DNA of 64,000 bases from Bdellovibrionota bacterium (GCA_963169695.1 CAUJDS010000026.1:2168-66167), one strand, 5' to 3'. Counted from the first letter of the stretch, positions 1 to 10,525 are shown. A program made the numbers and translations. The notes: generated from the sequence alone by a model not told the origin.

Positions 1-300
1 AACAATGATGTCTCCTCTTTGAGGGGGCTCACGTCGAATGAGCTGCACGGGCTCATCCATGATCCACTCAGTAAAAGGCACCTTCAAGCCATAAGAGAAC
101 TTATTGACAAAGATATAGTCTCCAACCAAAAGCGTTGGAATCATGGAGCCAGAAGGAATCTTGAATGCCTCAATCACACTGGATCGAATAACAAGGACAA
201 GGAGGAGCGCCATTCCTAAGGATGTAAGGTTCTCAATGAGCCATTTTTTTCTTGATTGAGGCTTCGCTGTTTTCTCTTCTGTCTTTTTTGATTTGGCCAT
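1..300 (-). CDS. lepB: Signal peptidase I (N-terminal 100 codons; gene runs off the window edge)
   Basis: Reverse translation from ATG at 300 reads MAKSKKTEEKTAKPQSRKKWLIENLTSLGMALLLVLVIRSSVIEAFKIPSGSMIPTLLVGDYIFVNKF...PPQRGDIIV. It has a TM anchor plus SPase I box B (SGSMxPTL) and box C (RGDIxV). It is absent from the ORF track because it has no stop in the window. Confidence 0.85.
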   Translation of the reverse strand, partial: MAKSKKTEEKTAKPQSRKKWLIENLTSLGMALLLVLVIRSSVIEAFKIPSGSMIPTLLVGDYIFVNKFSYGLKVPFTEWIMDEPVQLIRREPPQRGDIIV

Positions 301-338
301 AAAGTGGAGCTTACAATGATCTCTTTGGGTTCTCTACT

Positions 339-1421
339 ATGAAGATATTGGCCCGCTACATCTCAATGCATTTTATCCAGTATTTCAGTTTCTGTGTATT
401 GGGTTTGATTGGGGTTTTTTTAATGCAGGCTGTTCTTGGGCAATTGGTGGAAGGCAATACCCCTGCCTACCAGGTTTTGACGTACCATTTGATGGGGCTG
501 CCGGCAATTTTTGTACAAATGACGCCTCCGGCAGTTCTGATGGCTACGGTCTTGACCTTGGCGGTATTGTCTCGTTCGAACGAACTTATTGCGTGCCACT
601 CCATAGGGGTGGGCTTGAACCAGGTGATGTTAGTCATTCTTTCACTCGTGTTTATGATTTCATGTTTCAGTTTGGTCCTTCAGGATCGAATCCTTCCACC
701 TTTTCATAACAAGCAAATGAAATACAAATGGACTGTTATGGACAAGAAGTCTGACTTTTATTTCGATTTTGGTAAGGAAAAGATTTGGTATCGATCTGGA
801 AATCTCATTTACAACCTCCGACATTTTGATGGCAAAACCAAGACCATTACTGGGATGTCCGTCTATAGTTTTGATGAAGATTTCAATCTTCTACAAGTGA
901 TTCAGGCTGCAAGGGCTGAGTATCGTCCCAATGGATGGGAGTTACTCGATGGGAAGATTACGGTTTTTGCTGGAAATGAACGTTACCCTGTAACGCAAAG
1001 CTTTGAGAAAAAGTTTCTTCCAGTGCCCGAAACGCCTACTGAGTTCATGGAAATTGAGCGAGAGGTTGAAGGATTCCGTTTGAAGGATCTCAAGCATTAC
1101 ATCGAGAAAATAGAGAAGGCCGGGGCCGATACTAAGGAGTATTGGGTCAAGTTTCATTATCGCATCAGCTTGAGCTTCATTCCTCTAGTTATGGCCCTTT
1201 TGGCCATCCCATTTTCTGTGGGACTGCGCAGACAAGGCGGGATTGTGCGGGATTTAGCAATAGGGCTAGGTGTCACGGTTTTTTATTGGCTTTTCTATTC
1301 AGTGGGACTATCCCTTGGAAAGAGTGGCGCTCTGCTTCCGTGGATATCTGCTTGGTTGCCAAGCTTTGTCTTTGCGGCGAGTGCTATCGTGCTTATTTGG
1401 CATCGATTTAGGAGAGTATAG
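339..1421 (+). CDS. LptF/LptG (YjgP/YjgQ) family LPS export permease
   Basis: 360 aa. Three N-terminal TM helices, a central beta-jellyroll-like periplasmic segment and three C-terminal TM helices, which is the typical LptF/G layout and length. Confidence 0.75.
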   Translation: MKILARYISMHFIQYFSFCVLGLIGVFLMQAVLGQLVEGNTPAYQVLTYHLMGLPAIFVQMTPPAVLMATVLTLAVLSRSNELIACHSIGVGLNQVMLVILSLVFMISCFSLVLQDRILPPFHNKQMKYKWTVMDKKSDFYFDFGKEKIWYRSGNLIYNLRHFDGKTKTITGMSVYSFDEDFNLLQVIQAARAEYRPNGWELLDGKITVFAGNERYPVTQSFEKKFLPVPETPTEFMEIEREVEGFRLKDLKHYIEKIEKAGADTKEYWVKFHYRISLSFIPLVMALLAIPFSVGLRRQGGIVRDLAIGLGVTVFYWLFYSVGLSLGKSGALLPWISAWLPSFVFAASAIVLIWHRFRRV

Positions 1422-1429
1422 CGGTTCAG

Positions 1430-1993
1430 ATGGCGAAGCTTAAGATTTACACTTTTCCAGACAGCGTCTTGGCCCAGAAAGCCAAGCCATTAGAGCGCGT
1501 GGACCGTTCTATTCATCGACTTGCCGATGACATGTTGGAAACTATGTATGACGCACCCGGAATTGGTCTGGCGGCAAATCAAGTAGGAGTGCTCGATCGC
1601 ATCATCGTAGTTGATGTGGACTACGAGCTTGAGGACTTGGAAGAAGAAACTGAAAAGGTCCTGGTTAAAAAAAATCCTACGATCTTGATCAATCCCAAGA
1701 TTATTTACAAAGAGGGGCATATCGCCATTTGTGAAGGGTGCCTTTCGGTTCCTGATTATTCAGAAGAAGTCGACCGATCGCAGAAAATTAAAGTCGAGTA
1801 TCGAGATGTAGATGGCCTGACTAAGGTTCTCGATGCAGAGGATCTTATGGCTGTTTGTATTCAACACGAAATTGACCATCTCAATGGAAAGCTTTTTATT
1901 GATCGATTGAGTCCGCTTAAAAAGGATTTAGTCAAAAAGAAACTGCGAGCTGGAACGCTGCCTCCTTCAAAAAAGAAAAAAGGTATCCTCTAA
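1430..1993 (+). CDS. def: Peptide deformylase
   Basis: All three PDF motifs are present: GIGLAANQVG, EGCLSVP, QHEIDHLNG. The gene is followed by fmt. Confidence 0.93.
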   Translation: MAKLKIYTFPDSVLAQKAKPLERVDRSIHRLADDMLETMYDAPGIGLAANQVGVLDRIIVVDVDYELEDLEEETEKVLVKKNPTILINPKIIYKEGHIAICEGCLSVPDYSEEVDRSQKIKVEYRDVDGLTKVLDAEDLMAVCIQHEIDHLNGKLFIDRLSPLKKDLVKKKLRAGTLPPSKKKKGIL

Positions 1994-1996
1994 TCC

Positions 1997-2947
1997 ATGT
2001 TGCGTGTTGTATTTATGGGCTCACCTGATTTTGCGGTTCCCACACTGGAAGCGGTGGCTCGTACTCAAACGGTTCTAGCCGTTTACTCTCAGCCTGATCA
2101 GCCGGTTGGGCGCGGTCAGCAAGTGCGCGAAACTCCCGTTAAGAAAAAAGCAAAGGAACTGGGGATAGAAGTAAGGACGCCTGCTAAGTTAAACACGGAA
2201 GAGAACCTCCTTTCCTTGCGTGAGTTAAAACCCGATGTGCTCGTGGTAGTAGCCTACGGAAAAATTTTGCGGCAGGCCTTTCTCAGCATTCCTACGTTGG
2301 GGTCCCTCAATGTTCACGCTTCCCTTTTGCCACGTTGGCGTGGGGCTGCGCCCATTCAACATGCCATCCTTGAGGGAGATAGTGAAACAGGTGCTACTAT
2401 CATGAAGATGGTCGAAGAGTTGGATGCTGGCCCACTACTGAGCCAAATTCGTATTCCCATCCTTGCTGAAGATACGGCCGGAACTCTTCACAATCGCCTA
2501 GCTATTGCTGGTGCGAAGGTGATGGAAGTTTACTTGCAAGAGCTGGATCAAACACGCCAGCTTCATCCTGAGGAGCAGTCCAAAGCAGGCGTGACCTACG
2601 CTACTAAATTGAGCAAAGCGATGGAGGGACTCGATAGCAAGTGTTCAGCCGACGTGCTGGAACGGCGAGTGCGCGCGCTCCATCCTTGGCCAGGAACTTC
2701 TTTGACGATCGAGAACTTAGGTCGCTTGAGGGTTCATTCCGCAAGAGTTCATCCGGGCGCTCGTGTCAAACAGGGACAGTTGGGAGTCGAAGGAGATGCT
2801 TTGGTATTTGGAGCGTCTGGAGATTCGGTCTTAGAGCTTTTGAGTATTCAATTAGAGGGTAAGAAAGTTCAATCCCCCATCGATTTCATCAATGGCTGTC
2901 GAGGCAAAGGCTGGACCTTTCCTCTCCAAGAGGAATCTCAGGCGTGA
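1997..2947 (+). CDS. fmt: Methionyl-tRNA formyltransferase
   Basis: SLLPRWRGAAPIQ motif, 316 aa, conserved def-fmt pairing. Confidence 0.93.
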   Translation: MLRVVFMGSPDFAVPTLEAVARTQTVLAVYSQPDQPVGRGQQVRETPVKKKAKELGIEVRTPAKLNTEENLLSLRELKPDVLVVVAYGKILRQAFLSIPTLGSLNVHASLLPRWRGAAPIQHAILEGDSETGATIMKMVEELDAGPLLSQIRIPILAEDTAGTLHNRLAIAGAKVMEVYLQELDQTRQLHPEEQSKAGVTYATKLSKAMEGLDSKCSADVLERRVRALHPWPGTSLTIENLGRLRVHSARVHPGARVKQGQLGVEGDALVFGASGDSVLELLSIQLEGKKVQSPIDFINGCRGKGWTFPLQEESQA

Positions 2948-3603
2948 AAAAAATAAAGCGGTTGTTGGCACCTTCTATTCTCTCAGCAGATTTTTCGCGG
3001 CTCGAAGTAGAAGTGAAGTCGGCGAAGCAATTAGGAGCTGATTGGATTCATGTGGATGTCATGGATGGGCACTTCGTTCCAAATCTTACCATGGGTCCCA
3101 TAGTGGTTTCGTGGCTTAGCAAAAGGACAAGGCTGCCGTTGGACTGTCACCTTATGGTTAGCGAGCCTGAACGTTGGATTGAACCCTTTGCCAAGGCCGG
3201 TGCAAAGAACATTACGATTCATGTCGAAACTTCTTTAGAAATCGAACGCGATCTCAAACGGATTCGTGCTTTAGGATGTCGCTCCGGAATTTCTTTAAAC
3301 CCTGATACGCCGGTGGAGAATATCAAACCCTATTTGAAGTACGTTGACCTCGTGCTTGTCATGAGCGTCTTCCCTGGATTTGGTGGACAGAAGTTCATCG
3401 AGGAATCGTATTCACGGATTCAAAGAATTAAGGAACTCAGAGGCGGTTTACCATTTCTGATTGAAGTCGATGGCGGAGTCAGCGAGGAAAACGCAGAGCG
3501 ATTGGGTGAATGCGGAGTCGATGTCTTTGTTGCCGGATCGGCCTTGTTTAGCGCAAAGAATCGTAAAAAAGCATTTAAGGACTTAAAGAAGGCAATTGCA
3601 TGA
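2944..3603 (+). CDS. rpe: Ribulose-phosphate 3-epimerase
   Basis: APSILSADF...HVDVMDGHFVPNLTMGP and a GFGGQKF-type barrel signature. 4-nt overlap with fmt. Confidence 0.92.
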   Translation: MKKIKRLLAPSILSADFSRLEVEVKSAKQLGADWIHVDVMDGHFVPNLTMGPIVVSWLSKRTRLPLDCHLMVSEPERWIEPFAKAGAKNITIHVETSLEIERDLKRIRALGCRSGISLNPDTPVENIKPYLKYVDLVLVMSVFPGFGGQKFIEESYSRIQRIKELRGGLPFLIEVDGGVSEENAERLGECGVDVFVAGSALFSAKNRKKAFKDLKKAIA

Positions 3604-5159
3604 ATGACAACGCTGATAGCCGTCCCTTGATCCTAGGCCAGGATTCCTTAAGTCTTCACGATGTTCGCTCCGTTGCGCAACAGTACCGAAAGGTGGAGCT
3701 GAGCGCGTCCGCCAAAACAGGCATCCAAAAGACCTATGAATACCTTCAGAAATTAGTCGCACAGGATCGACTCGTCTATGGACTCAATACTGGGTTTGGA
3801 CCATTGGCGTCTGTAAGAATTCCGGCAGCAGATATATTGCAGCTGCAAGTAAATTTCTTGCGCTCGCATGCTGCAGGAGTGGGTGATCCGTTGCCGGTGA
3901 ATGCGGTTCGAGCCATGATGTTGCTAAGAGCCAAGTCGTTAAGTCTTGGGTACTCAGGCGTGAGTTTGACTATCGTTCAACGACTTTTGGATTTTTTGAA
4001 TCATTCCATTCATCCCGTCGTCCCTTCGCAAGGGTCGGTGGGGGCTTCGGGGGACTTGGCACCCCTTGCTCATATTGCCCGCACATTGATTGGCGAAGGG
4101 AAGGTCCTCTATCAGAATAGAGTTCAGCCTTCCGCGGATGTTTTGAAAGCAACCGGACTTGCTCCCGTTGAGTTGCATGCCAAGTCAGGGCTCGCGTTGT
4201 GCAATGGAACTCAGCTGATGACGGGAGTCGGGACACTTGCTTATTTGGAAGCTGAGTTTCTTGCTGACCTTGCCGATGTGACGGGCCTACTTAGTCTGGA
4301 AGCGATGAAGGGGTCCTCCGCGGCTTTTGACAAAGACCTACACCAACAGAGGCCACATCCGGGTCAGCGTCAAGTTGCTGATAGAGGCCGATATTGGCTG
4401 ACAGAAATCGATGGCAAAGGATCCGAGATTGCCCGAAGTCACGAGAATTGCGATCGCGTGCAAGACGCCTATTCACTTCGCTGCATTCCTCAGGTGCATG
4501 GTGCGTGTCGAGATCAATTGGCTTCTATTCGTAATACCCTGGAGATCGAAGCAAATTCTGTAACCGACAACCCGCTTCTCTTTCCTGACCAAGACAAAGT
4601 GGTGAGTGGCGGACATTTTCACGGACAAGTCTTGGCCTTTGCGATGGATCAACTCTCTATGGCTACCTCGGAGCTTGGTAGTATATCTGAGCGCAGGATC
4701 AATAAGCTTACGCAACCCGAATTCTCCGGGTTACCCGCTTTACTTACGCCGCAGCCAGGCTTGAATAGTGGTGTGATGGTGCTTCAATACGCCGCAGCGG
4801 CGCTTGTTTCCGAAAACAAAACCCTCAGTCATCCAGCCAGTGTCGATTCCATTCCCACTTCTTTAGATAAGGAAGATCATGTCAGCATGGGAGCATGGGG
4901 TGCGAGAAAAGCTGCAATGATTGTTAAAAATGTGCGCAGGATTTTGACGATTGAATTGTTCTGCGCCGCTCAAGGTATCGATCTTTTGCGTCCCCTCCGT
5001 ACTACGGCTCGATTAGAAAAAGTACATGCGTGGGTCCGAACCAAGGTTCCGGCATTTGTGAATGATCGGTGCTTTTCGGAGGACCTTGAGAAGTTAGATC
5101 CATTGTTGGACGATGAGGCATTTCGGCGATTGATTTCTGAATCGGGGAAAACACCTTGA
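3600..5159 (+). CDS. hutH: Histidine ammonia-lyase
   Basis: MIO-forming triad in GSVGASGDLAPLAH. The selectivity pair in FLRSHAAG is Ser-His (HAL type, not the HL/FL of TAL/PAL). Confidence 0.9.
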   Translation: MNDNADSRPLILGQDSLSLHDVRSVAQQYRKVELSASAKTGIQKTYEYLQKLVAQDRLVYGLNTGFGPLASVRIPAADILQLQVNFLRSHAAGVGDPLPVNAVRAMMLLRAKSLSLGYSGVSLTIVQRLLDFLNHSIHPVVPSQGSVGASGDLAPLAHIARTLIGEGKVLYQNRVQPSADVLKATGLAPVELHAKSGLALCNGTQLMTGVGTLAYLEAEFLADLADVTGLLSLEAMKGSSAAFDKDLHQQRPHPGQRQVADRGRYWLTEIDGKGSEIARSHENCDRVQDAYSLRCIPQVHGACRDQLASIRNTLEIEANSVTDNPLLFPDQDKVVSGGHFHGQVLAFAMDQLSMATSELGSISERRINKLTQPEFSGLPALLTPQPGLNSGVMVLQYAAAALVSENKTLSHPASVDSIPTSLDKEDHVSMGAWGARKAAMIVKNVRRILTIELFCAAQGIDLLRPLRTTARLEKVHAWVRTKVPAFVNDRCFSEDLEKLDPLLDDEAFRRLISESGKTP

Positions 5160-6388
5160 GCCTTCGAGCGGTCATTCACGCAAGTGAGATCCTAACTGGA
5201 AAAGGTATCGAGGCTGAAGATGGAGTTTGTCCTATTGAAGGGCATCTGGATCCCATCGTTGATGGCGCCATTGTCTATTCGGAGCGAAAAATAGGTAAAA
5301 AGAAAGTTCCGGATTCCATAGTTTGGATGGGACCCACCTCGAAGATGCCTAAGAAATACCTTCGAGTTTCGTCCAAAAACCTTCGTCAACTTTCGTGTGT
5401 GACTGCGGGTTGGATTGATTGCCATACTCACTTGGTATTTGGAGGAGATCGATCTTCTGAATTTGCAAGAAGGTGTGCGGGAGCAACTTACCAAGAAATT
5501 GCGGATGCTGGAGGTGGCATAGCCTCAACGGTGCGTGCCACTCGTGAAGCGTCGATCGCTTCATTGGTCAATTCCGCAAAGAAACGTTTAGGGGTGATGG
5601 AGAAATATGGTGTCAAAACCATAGAGATTAAAACTGGCTATGGCTTGACCCTGGAATCAGAAAGAAAAATGCTGCTCGTGATCGAAGCATTACGAAAGGC
5701 ATTTCCACACCTCACTTTGTCAGCAACTTTTATGGCAGCACACGCTATTCCCAAGGAATTGACTGAAGGCCAGTACGTCCAAGAGATTCTCAGCAGCATT
5801 TTGCCTCAACTTGCCAAGGAATTTGTGATGCAAGGGTGCGACGCATTTCTCGAGAAGGGATACTTTCAAAAAGATTCCGTGGAAAAAATTATTCACCTCG
5901 CAAAGAAGCTTGGGTTGAATCCTCGCATTCACGCAGATGAACTGACTGACGGGGGCGGAGCTGAATTTGCCGTGAAACTTGGGGCCCGTTCTGTGGATCA
6001 TCTTATCAAGGTATCCGATGCCGGAATACAGGCGCTCGCGCGTTCCAGTACCGTAGCGGTACTTTTGCCTTGCACCTCTATGTATCTAAAGGAATCTTTT
6101 GCGCCTGGTCGAAAGATGCTCGATCAAGGAGTTCGGGTGGCGCTCGCTACCGATTGTAATCCTGGATCATCCATGTGTTTTTCTCTTCCGCTTGCTGCGA
6201 CTTTGGGTGCACTTTATTATGGAATGAGCCGTGCGGAAGTACTAGCCGGACTGACTTATAATCCCGCAAAAGTTTTGGGATTGGCAAAGAAGAAAGGCAG
6301 TCTCGCAGTTGGGAAAGACGCTGATTTTACAATTCTTCCATTTTCTCGCTTCGAAGAAGCCTACTATCAAGTAGGGTGGCTGCCTTAA
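5156..6388 (+). CDS. hutI: Imidazolonepropionase
   Basis: Amidohydrolase metal motif GWIDCHTHLVFGG, later HADE and ATDCNPG. 4-nt overlap with hutH. Confidence 0.88.
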   Translation: MSLRAVIHASEILTGKGIEAEDGVCPIEGHLDPIVDGAIVYSERKIGKKKVPDSIVWMGPTSKMPKKYLRVSSKNLRQLSCVTAGWIDCHTHLVFGGDRSSEFARRCAGATYQEIADAGGGIASTVRATREASIASLVNSAKKRLGVMEKYGVKTIEIKTGYGLTLESERKMLLVIEALRKAFPHLTLSATFMAAHAIPKELTEGQYVQEILSSILPQLAKEFVMQGCDAFLEKGYFQKDSVEKIIHLAKKLGLNPRIHADELTDGGGAEFAVKLGARSVDHLIKVSDAGIQALARSSTVAVLLPCTSMYLKESFAPGRKMLDQGVRVALATDCNPGSSMCFSLPLAATLGALYYGMSRAEVLAGLTYNPAKVLGLAKKKGSLAVGKDADFTILPFSRFEEAYYQVGWLP

Positions 6389-7107
6389 TTCGCTTCATAG
6401 AATCGAGTTGCGTGGGCGGGCAGTACTCGAAAAAAGATCCAATGAATGAGAATCGAGAGGCCTGCCCCGGCAACGACGTCCACAAAGTAGTGTTGCTTAG
6501 TCGTCATGGTGCTGATGGCGATAGCAGTTCCCCAAAGAAAAAAAGGAAGAAAATATTTTCTCTGCTCCTCAAGAAAAAGAAAGCAAGTGAGGTAAGTCGA
6601 AGCAACATGAAGGCTTGGAAGGCAATTTTGTGGTGTGTCTACAGTTCTGAGCCAAGCGAAGAGTCCATAGGTCCAGGGGTTGATGTCAGTCGGAAGTGGA
6701 AATTGCTCGCGTGGAAAGGCGACCGGCCATTGGTAGAAAATAAAGTTCGCCACGATGTACGTAGCAAAGAGAGCGTAGAGGTATCGATTCAGATTCTCAC
6801 GCTTTTTGGCAATGAAGTAAATGGCGAGATACAGGACGTTCTCGCTCATATAAATCCACACGCTTCCTGGGAGAAAAGGGACTAGTCGATCGATGAGCGT
6901 GAATTCTAGGATCGCAGGAACCTTATGGGTCATGTGGTTGGTGGCCAGGTATATGGGGTAAGTCGCAAGAAAAGTGACTGGTATTGCAGCAACCTTATTA
7001 CGAGCGTTCATAAAAAGAGGAAGAGAAAGTGGGACCATGGATGCTTGAACCTTACCTAGATCTTTAGCCATTGCTTGATTTGTGCCTGATCCGAAGCAGA
7101 ATTCCAA
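6385..7107 (-). CDS. PAP2 superfamily membrane protein, Aur1/IPC-synthase-like (PAP2_3-type)
   Basis: Multi-TM protein with PAP2 C2/C3 motifs LPSLHVAS and TKQHYFVDVVAGAG. The track start at 7107 overlaps the upstream gene by 52 nt, so the real start is probably an internal Met (about 7071 or 7038). Confidence 0.6.
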   Translation of the reverse strand: MEFCFGSGTNQAMAKDLGKVQASMVPLSLPLFMNARNKVAAIPVTFLATYPIYLATNHMTHKVPAILEFTLIDRLVPFLPGSVWIYMSENVLYLAIYFIAKKRENLNRYLYALFATYIVANFIFYQWPVAFPREQFPLPTDINPWTYGLFAWLRTVDTPQNCLPSLHVASTYLTCFLFLEEQRKYFLPFFLWGTAIAISTMTTKQHYFVDVVAGAGLSILIHWIFFRVLPAHATRFYEAN

Positions 7108-7649
7108 TTACGCTCTCCCAGATCCAGGCGGAGAATTTTTCTCTGCTGGTCCACAAGAAGGGTGTACGGAATTTCATGCAGATCAAGGGCATCCCCTAGT
7201 ATCTGATTATCGTCGAAGCCCATTAGAAAAGAAATGCCAAGCTTTTTGGTTACTCTAGGAATGGAGACTGAGGGATTCTCATCGAGGTTGATTCCCAGAA
7301 CCTCCAGTCCTTGAGAATGGTAGGTCTTCCAGAGTGCAATAATCGAAGGAAGCTCGATCATGCACCCGCTGCACCATTCGGCCCAAAAGTTGATGAAAAG
7401 AACTTTTGCAGGTATCGCTGAAATTCTTACACTCTTACCGTCAATTAAATGGACGTTCCAATCAGGAAGGGTATCTCCAACCTTCAAGTTCAAGCGAGGA
7501 CTGCCGTCCTTAGATTCTTCACGATGTCCCATCGTTCGTAGAAGTGACAAAACTCCGACGGTGATCAGCAATACCCCGATGAGAGGTAGAAAAAAGGACT
7601 TCAGGTGCGAAGAATAGTTATTGGAGTTCATAAAGACATTTCTTTCCAA
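7056..7649 (-). CDS. TlpA-like membrane-anchored thioredoxin-fold thiol:disulfide oxidoreductase
   Basis: N-terminal TM anchor, then FWAEWCSGC (CxxC) in a thioredoxin fold. Start is either TTG at 7649 or ATG at 7631. Confidence 0.7.
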   Translation of the reverse strand: MERNVFMNSNNYSSHLKSFFLPLIGVLLITVGVLSLLRTMGHREESKDGSPRLNLKVGDTLPDWNVHLIDGKSVRISAIPAKVLFINFWAEWCSGCMIELPSIIALWKTYHSQGLEVLGINLDENPSVSIPRVTKKLGISFLMGFDDNQILGDALDLHEIPYTLLVDQQRKILRLDLGERNWNSASDQAQIKQWLKI

Positions 7650-7669
7650 TCACTTTACAATAAAAGGGC

Positions 7670-7897
7670 GTGCGCTGTCGAAGGAATCAATCAGGCCAAG
7701 CTGTTTTAGAGTATGTTCTATTGGTCTCGATCACTTTGGTGATTTTGGGAGCCATCACGGCAGGATTTCGTCGAATTCAGAACCAAATTTGGATGCCGAT
7801 CCTCTGTGAAGTTACTGCGGCATGTCCTACCTGTCCACCGGACCCAGAGATTCGAGCCCGAATCAATCTGATCCTTCCTGGGGCTTGTAGGCGCTAG
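7670..7897 (+). CDS. Flp/TadE-like prepilin-type small protein with Cys-rich C-terminus
   Basis: GTG start. Short basic leader MRCRRNQSG, then QAVLEYVLLVSITLVILGAI, which fits the class III signal G/xxxxEY with Glu at +5 and a hydrophobic helix. Four Cys lie in the C-terminal 35 aa. Confidence 0.4.
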   Translation: MRCRRNQSGQAVLEYVLLVSITLVILGAITAGFRRIQNQIWMPILCEVTAACPTCPPDPEIRARINLILPGACRR

Positions 7898-8490
7898 GCC
7901 GTTTTTTTACCGAGTCCGATCAGAAAAATTTCCTTACTTTCCTTTCGCGTGCTCTTGGGTTTGAGGAGTTCTACGCGTTTAAAATTTGCCTTGAGGTCCT
8001 TGCGGAGGGCCTCGAACGAGTCACTATGAAAAAATTTGACGACAAAGCCCCCTCCAGGCTTCAAGTGCTTGCGCGCCACTTCCAACGCTGCATTGCATAG
8101 TTGAAACGACCTTTCTTGGTCCGCAAATCTTACCCCAGTTGTTTTTGGAGCCATGTCCGAAAGTACGACATCGAATTGGTTCCTGCCCTGCTCTTTAAGC
8201 CAGGCGTCGTAGTCGTACTCGACGAGATCAGACTGAACCCACTGCGCATTTGGCAGCGTCAGGAGCATTTCTTGAAGATCAATGCCTAGGATTCTTCCTG
8301 CAGGTCCGATGAGTTTGCTTGTGTATTGTGACCAAGATCCAGGTGCACAACCGAGATCTGCAACGTAATCGCCTTCACGCAAAACGCGGTACCGTTCCTG
8401 TATCTCTTCGAGCTTAAAGACTGAGCGGGCGACGAAATTCTCTTTCTTCGCCTTCTTGAAATAAAAGTCTTGTACGTTAAACTTCTTCAA
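7894..8490 (-). CDS. rlmE: 23S rRNA (U2552) 2'-O-methyltransferase RlmE/FtsJ
   Basis: RSVFKLEEI...DLGCAPGSWSQ SAM motif and DMAP motif; 198 aa. Confidence 0.9.
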   Translation of the reverse strand: MKKFNVQDFYFKKAKKENFVARSVFKLEEIQERYRVLREGDYVADLGCAPGSWSQYTSKLIGPAGRILGIDLQEMLLTLPNAQWVQSDLVEYDYDAWLKEQGRNQFDVVLSDMAPKTTGVRFADQERSFQLCNAALEVARKHLKPGGGFVVKFFHSDSFEALRKDLKANFKRVELLKPKSTRKESKEIFLIGLGKKTA

Positions 8491-8505
8491 CTCGTCGAAG
8501 CCAAT

Positions 8506-9552
<1,047 letters not shown>

Positions 9553-9568
9553 TTATTTTTTTGCACCG

Positions 9569-10438
9569 TCACCATTTGTAATGTCGAATGTGTTCGCCGC
9601 GAATCGCAATTTCACTCATCGCCTGAATTCCTGTTTCAATATGAATATCAGTAAATTCTCGAAATACGGAATTTGCCGAACTCTTCGTCTTGATTCCTCC
9701 ACGTTTCAGTGGAGTATCTGAGACCAACAAGAGTGCCCCAATGGGTACTTTGCTAACGAATCCCGTAATGAAGAGTGTGGCACATTCCATCTCAATGGCG
9801 AGGGCTCTTTCTTCGTACAAACCTGACTTGAATTTCTCATCAAATTCCCAAAAACGGTAGTCCGTCGTATGCACCACACCCGTGCGATAATCGAGGCCCC
9901 GTTCGACCACCATTTGGGAAACAAATTTCTGAATCTTGAAAGTTGGAAGTGCTGGAACCTGAGGAGGCATAAAGTGTTTCGATGCGCCTTCGTCACGAAT
10001 CGCTGCGGTTGGCAGAATAAAATCACCCACCTTTAACGACCGATGCAATCCGCCACAGAGACCTAAGAAGAGGACAGCCTTTGGCTCCACGGTTGCTAGC
10101 AACTCAATAATAAGTGCGGCGGTAGGAGATCCAATTGAAAAATTGACGATCGACACATCCGCCTTCTTGGAATGAACGACGCTCATGGCAGCGCCGCGAG
10201 TTTTTTCATCCCCGCAGATGGCTTCAAACCGCTGCATATAATATTCAAAGTTGGTCAGAATGATTTGCTTTCGAAACTGATTAGGATGGCTCCCCGTGTA
10301 GCGCTCCAACATGTCCAACGCGATCTTTTTCTTTTCCGCATTGTTGTAAATTCGGTTGGGCATATGAGGATAAATGGCCTCGTCGAATGGAGTCGGTCCC
10401 TGCTTCTTCTTGTTTTCTTTCGATTTTGATTCTGGCAC
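9569..10438 (-). CDS. PNP/UDP-1 family nucleosidase (short AMP nucleosidase-like)
   Basis: Phosphorylase-fold motifs (GSPTAA, LGLCGG, EMECATL) and a QIILTNFEYY segment like the catalytic domain of Amn. Confidence 0.6.
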   Translation of the reverse strand: MPESKSKENKKKQGPTPFDEAIYPHMPNRIYNNAEKKKIALDMLERYTGSHPNQFRKQIILTNFEYYMQRFEAICGDEKTRGAAMSVVHSKKADVSIVNFSIGSPTAALIIELLATVEPKAVLFLGLCGGLHRSLKVGDFILPTAAIRDEGASKHFMPPQVPALPTFKIQKFVSQMVVERGLDYRTGVVHTTDYRFWEFDEKFKSGLYEERALAIEMECATLFITGFVSKVPIGALLLVSDTPLKRGGIKTKSSANSVFREFTDIHIETGIQAMSEIAIRGEHIRHYKW

Positions 10439-10525
10439 GAGTTACAGATTACAGTTTGGCTAGGAGCGAAACAAGCGTTACGTCGTGATGCATTGTGGCA
10501 ATTCAGCGATTCTTATGGCATGTAG

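Noticed and set aside
19-219. 66-aa plus-strand ORF at the window start
   Set aside because: It lies entirely antisense to a clear signal peptidase I reading frame (SGSMIPTL, RGDIIV) on the minus strand and has no motif of its own.
6376-6885. 169-aa plus-strand ORF overlapping the PAP2 gene
   Set aside because: The opposite strand encodes a multi-TM protein with intact PAP2 C2/C3 motifs. The plus-strand product is K-rich and low-complexity with no recognisable features.
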